Source: the human T2T-CHM13v2.0 reference genome, Homo sapiens. From it: DNA of 64,000 nucleotides. The stretch's first letter is position 1; each line of letters starts with the position of its first letter. The stretch lies in assembly GCF_009914755.1 (NCBI RefSeq), contig NC_060934.1; one strand, written 5' to 3'. This document shows positions 56,421 to 64,000 of this stretch, piece by piece. Under the pieces are notes generated by a model, which saw nothing but the letters and a program-made list of their open reading frames with translations, was not told the origin of the DNA and searched no databases. The position numbers and the translations under genes are program-made.

Positions 56421-57583
56421 CTGTTATCTTTTAAAATATTCAAATTTGGAAAAGAAAAGCCATGAACATATTCATTCATAGCATTATTTATAACAAAAAT
56501 GGAAATAAACCTTTATAGCAAGAGATTCATTGAGAAAATCATGGAGTTGCTTCCAATATGGCCAAATAGGAACAGCTCTGGTGTACAGCTCCCAGCAAGA
56601 TCGACACAGAAGACAGGTAATTTCTGCATTTCCAACTGAGGTACCTGGTTCATCTCATTGGGACTGGTTGGACAGTGGGTGCAGCCCATGGAGGGTGAGC
56701 CAAAGCAGGGTGGGGCATCACCTCACCCAGGAAGTACAAGGGGTCAGGGGATTTCCCTTTCCTAGCCAAGGGAAGCCGTGAGTGACTGTACCTGGAGGAA
56801 TGGTACACTTCTGCCCAAATACTGTGCTTTTCCCACGGTCTTCACAACCAGCAGACCAGGAGATTCCCTCCTGTGCCTGGCTCAGTGGGTCCCAAGCCCA
56901 CAGAGACTTGCTTGCTGCCAGCACAGCAGTTGAGATTGACCTGGGACACTGGAGCTTGGTGGGCAGAGGGGCGTCCACCATTGCTGAGGCTTGCATAGGC
57001 AGTTCTATGCTTACAGTGTGAACAAAGTGTCAGGGAAGCTCAAACTGGGTGGAGCCAACCACAGCTCAGCAAGGCCTACTGTTTCTCTAGATCCCACCTC
57101 TGGGGGCAGGGTATATCTGAATGAAAGGCAGCAGACAGCTTCTGCAGATTTAAACATCCCTGCCTGACAACTATGAAGAGAGCAGGAGTTCTCCCAGCAC
57201 AGCGTTTGAGCTCTGATAATGAACAGCCTGCCTCCTCAAGGGGGTCCCTGACCCCCGTGTAACCTGACTGGGGGACACCTCCCAGTAAGCGCCAACAGAC
57301 AACTCACACAGGTGGGTGCCCCTCTGGGATGAAGCTTCCAGAGGAGGATTCAGACAGAAATATTTGCTATTCTGCAGCCTCCACTGGTGATACCCAGGAA
57401 AACAGGGTCTGGAGTATACCTACAGCAAACTCCAACAGACCTGCAGCTGAGGGGCCTGTCTGTTAGAAGGAAAACTAACAAACAGAAAGGAATAGCATCA
57501 ACATCAACAAAAAGGACATCCACACCAAAACCCCATCTGTAGGTCACTAACATCAAAGACCAAAGGTAGACAAAACCACAAAG

Positions 57584-58606
57584 ATGGGTAGAGACCAGAG
57601 CAGAAAGGCTGAAAATTCCAAAAACCAGAACATCTCTTCTCTTCCAAAGGAACACAACTCCTCACCAGCAAGGGAACAAAACTGGACAGAGAAGGAGTTT
57701 GACGAGTTGACAGAAGGAGGCTTCAGAAGGTCGGTAATAACCAAATTCTCTGAGCTAAAGGAGCATATTCTAACCCTTTGCAAAGGAGCTAAAAACCTTG
57801 AAAAAAGTTAGACGAATGGCTAACTAGATAAACAGTGTAGAGAAGAGCTTAAATGACCTGATGGAGCTGAAAAGCACAGTAAGAGAACTTCGTAAAGCAT
57901 ACACAAGCTTCAATAGCTGATTCGATCAAGTGGAAGAAAGGATATCAGTGACTAAAGATCAAATTAATGAAATAAAGTGAGAAGACAAGATTAGAGAAAA
58001 AAGAGTGAAAAGAAACAAACAAAGCCTCCAAGAAATATGAGACTATGTGAAAAGACCAAATCTACGTTTGATTGGTGTACCTGAAAGTGACAGGGAGAAT
58101 GGAACCAAGTTAGAAAACACTCTTCCGAATATTATCCAGGAGAACTTCCCCAACCTACCAGGGCAGGCCAACATTCAAATTCAGGAAATACAGAGAACAC
58201 CACGAAGATATTCCTTGGAAGAGAAGCCCCAAGACACATAATTGTCAGATTCACCAAGGTTGAAATGAAGGAAAAAATATTAAGGACAGCCAGAGAGAAA
58301 GGTCAGGTTACCCAAAAAGGGAAGCCGATCACACTAACTGTGGATCTCTCAGCAGAAACTCTACAAGCCAGAAGGGAGTGGGGGCCAATATTCAACATTC
58401 TTAAAGAAAAGAATTTTCAACACAGAATTTCATATCTAGCCAAACTAAGCTTTGTAAGTGAAGGAGAAATAAAATTCTTTACAGACAAGCAAATGCTGAG
58501 AGATTTTGTCACCACCAGGCCTGCCTTACAAGAGCTCCTGAAGGAAGCACTAAACATGGAAAGGAACAACCGGTACCAGCCACTGCAAAAACATGCCAAA
58601 TTGTAA
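57584..58606 (+). pseudogene. L1 ORF1p, disrupted
   Basis: MGRDQSRKAENSKNQ...EHNSSPAREQNW; KRPNLRLIGVPE; LQARREWGPIF...YQPLQKHAKL in separate frames. Confidence 0.9.
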
Positions 58607-60214
58607 AGACCATCGAGGGTAGGAAGAAACTGCATCAATTAACAGGTGAAATAACCAGCTAGCATCATAATCACAGGATAAAATTCATACGTAACAATAT
58701 TAAACTTAAATGTAAATGGGCTAAATGCCCCAATTAAAAGACAAAGACTGGCAAATTGGATAAAGAGTCAAGACCAATCAGTGTGCTGAATTCAGGAGAC
58801 CAATCTCACATGCAAAGACACACATAGGCTCAAAATAAAGGGATGGAGGAAGATCTACCAAGCAAATGGAAAGCAAAAAGAAGCAGGGGCTGCAATCCTG
58901 GTCTCTGATAAAACAGACTTTAAACCAACAATGATCAAAAGACACAAAGAAGGCCATTATATAATGGTAAAAGGATCAATTCAACAAGAAGAGCTAACTA
59001 TCCTAAATATATATGCAACCAATACAGGAGCACCCAGATTCATTAAGCAAATTCTTACAGACCTAAAAAGAGATTAGACTCCCATACAATAATAATGAGA
59101 AACTTTAACACCCCACTGTCAATATTAGGCAGATCAAGGAGACAGAAAATTAACAAGGATATCCAGGACTTGAACTCAGCTCTGGACCAAGCAAATCTAA
59201 TAGACATCTACAGAACTCTCCAACCCTATCAACAGAATATACACTCTTCTTAGCAGCACATCGCACTAAATCTAAAATTGGCCACATAATTGGAAGTAAA
59301 ACACTCCTCAGCAAACGTAAAAGAACAGAAATCACAACAAGCTGTCTCTCAGACCACAGTGCAATCAAATTAGAACTCAGGATGAAGAAACTCACTCAAA
59401 ACCACTCAACTACATGGAAAATGAACAACCTGCTCCTGAATGACTACTGGGTACATAACGAAATTAAGGCAGAAATAAAGATGTTCTTTGAAACCAATGA
59501 GAACAAAGACACAACGCACCAGAATCTCTGGGACACATTTAAAGCAGTGTGTAGAGGGAAATTTATAGCACTAAATGCCCACAAGAGAAAGCAGGAAAGA
59601 TCTAAAATTGACACCCTAACATCACAATTAAAAGAACTAGAGAAGCAAAAGCAAACGCATTCAAAAGCTAGCAGAAGACAAGAAATAACTAAGATCAGAG
59701 CAGAACTGAAGGAGGTAGAGATACAAAAAACTCTTCAAAAAATCAATGAATCCAGGAGCTGGTTATTTGAAAAGATCAACAAAATAGAGACCGCTAGCAA
59801 GACTAATAAAGAAGAAAAGAGAGAAGAATCAAATAGAAGCAATAAAAAATGATAAAGGAGATATCACCACCAATTCCACAGCAATACAAACTACCATCGG
59901 AGAATACTATAAACATCTCTATGCAAATAAACTAGAAAATTTAGAAGAAATGGATAAATTTCTAGACACATACACCCTCCCAAGACTAAACCAGAAAGAA
60001 GTTGAATCTCTGAATAGACCAATAACAGATTCTGAAATTGAGGCAATAGTTAATAGCTTACCAACCAAAAAAGGTCCAGGACCAAATGGATTTACAACCA
60101 AATTCTACCAGAGGTACAAAGAGGAGCTGGAACCATTCCTTCTGAAACTATTCCAATCAATAGAAAAAGAGGGAATCCTCCCTAACTCATTTTATGAGGC
60201 CAGCATCATACTGA

Positions 60215-60355
<141 letters not shown>

Positions 60356-60451
60356 TAAGTCAGCTTTATCCCTGTGATGTGAGGCTCGTTCCACATACAC
60401 AAATCAATAAACATAATCCATCAAATAAACAGAACCAAAGACAAAAACCAC

Positions 60452-61846
60452 ATGATTATCTCAATAGATGCAGAAAAGGCCTTCAACATAATTAAACAGC
60501 CTTACATGCTAAAAACTCTCAATAAACTAGGTATTGATGGAACATATCTCAAAATAATAAGAGCTATTTATGACAAACCCACAGCCAATATCATACTGAA
60601 TGGGCAAAAGCTAGAAGCATTCCCTTTGAAAACTGGCACAAGACAGGGATGCCCTCTCTCACCACTCCTATTCAACATAGTATTGGAGGTTCTGGCCAGG
60701 GCAATCAGTCAAGACAAAGAAATAAAGGGTATTAAATTAGGAAAGGAGGAAGTCAAATTGCCTCTGTTTGCAGATGACATGATTGTATATTTAGAAAACC
60801 CCATCATCTCAGCTCAAAATCTCCTTAAGCTGATAAACAACTTCAGCAAAGTCTCAGGATACAAAATCAATGTGCAAAAATTACAAGCATTCCTATACAC
60901 CAAGAACAGACAAACAGAGAGCCAAATCATGAGTGAACTCCCATTCACAATTATTACAAAGAGAATAAAATACCTAGGAATCCAACTTATGAGGGATGTG
61001 AAGGACTTCTTCAAGGAGACCTATAAACCACTGCTCAATGAAATAAAAGAGGACACAAACAAATGGAAGAACATTCCATGCTCATGGATAGGAAGAATCA
61101 ATATCGCAAAAATGGCCCTACTGCCCAAGGTAATTTATAGACTCAATGCTATCCCCATCAAGCTACCAATGACTTTCTTCACAGAATTGGAAAAAACTAC
61201 TTTAAATTTCATATGGAACCAAAAAAGAGCCCACACAGCCAAGACAATCCTAAGCAAAAAGAACAAAGCTGGAGGCATCACACTACCTGACTTCAAATTA
61301 TACTACAAGTCCACAGTAACCAAAACAGCATGGTACTGGTACCAAAACAGAGATATAGACCAATGGAACAGAACAGAGGCCTCAGAAATAACATCACACA
61401 TCTACAACCATCTGATCTTTGACAAACCTGACAAAAACAAGCAATGGGGAAATGATTCCCTATTTAATAAATGGTGCTGGAAAAGCTGGCTAGCCATATG
61501 TAGAAAACTGAAACTGGATCCCTTCCTTACACCTTATACAAAAATTAACTCAAGATGGATTAAAGACTTAAATGTAAGTCCTAAAACCATAAAAACCCCA
61601 GAAGAAAACCTAGGCAATACCATTCAGGACAAAGGCATGGGCAAGGACTTCATGACTAAAACACCAAAAGCAATGGCAACAAAAGCCAAAATAGACAAAT
61701 GGGATCTAATTAAACTAAAGAGCTTCTGCACAGCAAAAGAAATTATCATCAGAGTGAACAGGCAACCTACAGAATGGGAGAAAATTTTTGCTACCTATCC
61801 ATCTGACAAAGGGCTAATATCCAGAATCTACAAACAACTTAAATAA
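60452..61846 (+). pseudogene. Longest open piece of L1 ORF2p (464 aa, RT core incl. FADD)
   Basis: [37 protein letters not shown]; upstream EN region is broken by stops/frameshifts. Confidence 0.92.
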
Positions 61847-62982
61847 ATTTACAAGAAAAAACTAAACAACACATCAAAAAGTGGGCAAAGGATACGAACA
61901 GACACTTCTCAAAAGAAGACATTTATGCAGCCAACAAACATATGAAAAAGTGCTCATCATCATTGGTCGTTAGAGAAATGCAAATCAAAACCACAATGAG
62001 ATACCATCTCACACCAGTTAGAATGTCGACCATTAAAAAGTCAGGAAGCAAGAGTTGCTGGAGAGAATGTGGAGAGATAGGAAAGCTTTTACACTGTTGG
62101 TGGGAGTGTAAATTAGTTCAACCATTGTAGAAGACAGTGTGGTGATTCCTCAATGATCTAGAACTAGAAATACCATCTGACCCAGCAATCCCATTACTGG
62201 GTATATACCCAAAGGATTATAAATCAAGCTACTATAAAGACACATGCACCTGTATGTTTATCCCAGCACTGTTCACAATAGCAAAGACTTGGAACCACCC
62301 CAAATGTCCATCAGTAATAGACTGTATAAAGAAAATGTGGCACATATACACCGTGGAATACTCTGCAGCCATATAAGAGGATGAGTTCATGTCCTTTGCG
62401 GGGACATAGATGAAGCTGGAAACCATCATTCTCTGCAAACTATCACAAGGACAGAAAACCAAACACCGCATATTCTCATGCATAAGTTGGAGTTGAACAA
62501 TGAGAACACACGGACACAGGGAGGGGAACATCACACACCGGGACCTGTTGGGGGGTGGGGAGTGGGGGAGGGATAGCATTAGGAGAAATAACTAATAATG
62601 TAAATGACAAGTTGATGGGTGCAGCAAACCAACATGGCACATGTATACCTATGTAACAAACCTGCACGTTGTGCACATGTACCCTAGAACTTAAAGTATA
62701 ATAATAAAAAAAGGAAATCATGGTTTATTCACTTAGATTGGTCATTATGTATTAAAGCTGAAGAAATTTATATAAAATATACCCTGGAGCTGGTGAGAGT
62801 GTAGTTGGAGAGGTGGTGAGGACAGATGGGTACACAGATGATTGAGAGAGAAGGGGCCAGGGGATACAACAGAGAGGGCGAGAAAGAGAGAGGAAAAAAA
62901 GCAGAAAGGAAGAAAGAAAATGGGCAAATCACTAAAAACCTGAGCTTAAGGAGAAGAATCATGTTATACTCTGAGCCCACAG

Positions 62983-63040
62983 ACACACACACACACACAT
63001 ACACACACACACAAATACACACACACACACGCACAAACAC
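62983..63040. repeat. Interrupted (CA)n
   Basis: cacacacacacacacacatacacacacacacaaatacacacac... Confidence 0.9.
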
Positions 63041-63609
63041 AAAAGATGCTCTCATGTCTGAGAGGTTTCAACTGTCGATGGAAGGCTTCCTCACTCATGC
63101 AGTTTGGGTGACTAGTGGTTCTTCCCCACCATTTCCTGGAAGCCAGACTTCACAAATAAGGCTAAGATCAAAGGAACTCAAGCTTTCACCCTTTATACTT
63201 TAGTGGCTTAGAAATGAGTACGCTTTCACCTATCATGTACCTCTCCCTGTCATCAGTCGCTTTCTTTCAGGAATGATGGCACTCTACTTCCTTCTAGAAT
63301 ATAAGCTCCTTAGGAGCAGGGTCATGTCATTTGCAACTCTGCATCCATACTGGTGCTAGCACATAGCAGGCTCTCCATTGACTTATTTAGTAATTTATTC
63401 TACAAAAGTTGAACATGCCTACAATGTGCCTGGCCTTCTTCTAAGCCCCGGGTGCAGGACTGTGAGCAGTCACCGCCCTCATGCAGTGCATGACCAGTGG
63501 AAGCATGTGTCAGGTTGGTGCTACCTGTTTCCTCCCTCCCTGACACAGAATCCAACTGGGCTTAAGGACATAATTACAACACTTCAAAAATAGATTTAAG
63601 AAACTGTCC

Positions 63610-64000
63610 ACTACATACTCACTAGGATGGCTATAAGAAAAAAAGATAGATGATAACAAGCGGGGAATATGTGGAAAAATTGGAACCCCCATACATCGCT
63701 GGTGGGAATGTCCAGTGGTACAGCCATTTTGGAAAATAGCAATTTTTCAAAAGGTTAAAGATAGAATTACCAATGGCACAGCAATTCTACTCCTAGATGT
63801 ATACCCAAGGAAAATGAAAACATATGTTCACAGAAAAACTTATACATGAATGTTCATAGCAGAATTAGTCCTAATAGCCAAAAATGAAAACAACCAAAAT
63901 CTCCATTCATAGGTGAATGGATAAATAAAATGTGGTATACCTGTACAATGGAATATTACACAACCACAAAAATGAATGAAGTAGTGATACATGCTACAAT
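63610..64000 (+). mobile_element. L1MB/ME ORF2 3' fragment, continues past the window end
   Basis: gctggtgggaatgtccagtggtacagcc...gcaattctactcctag...gaatggataaataaaatgtggtat. Confidence 0.85.

Noticed and set aside
60452-61846. 464-aa ORF as an active or domesticated reverse transcriptase
   Set aside because: Ordinary residual L1 ORF2 piece; ORF1, EN and C-terminal regions are broken, and an open stretch this long is plausible at this element's age

Overview
Primate genomic DNA, probably human or another catarrhine (AluS/J, L1PA5-7-era, MER4-group, MaLR, Hsmar2 and MADE1 elements). It is AT-rich and dominated by transposable elements, consistent with an intergenic or deep-intronic region. 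I find no host protein-coding gene, tRNA/rRNA, CpG island or CRISPR array. Every ORF I can recognise in the track is a transposon remnant (L1 ORF1/ORF2/ORF0, Hsmar2 transposase, probable Tigger and LINE RT fossils); the rest look like chance or low-complexity ORFs. I do not see a new multi-gene biological system. What the window does hold is an unusually readable record of non-canonical insertion and repair events. (1) Two same-orientation L1PA copies at the window ends share the same ORF2 nonsense mutation and frameshift. (2) An ~8.4 kb L1MA composite is flanked by a ~115-bp direct duplication and carries an orphan 3'-transduction-like insert, a 5'UTR-only L1 piece and an L1-retroposed polyadenylated LTR transcript. 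(3) A ~64-bp templated insertion was copied from ~950 bp away. (4) A full-length Hsmar2 was hit twice at one site. There are also several candidate enhancer motif clusters. Repeat family names and consensus comparisons come from my recollection of consensus sequences, not from a database search, so subfamily calls and boundaries of old elements are approximate.
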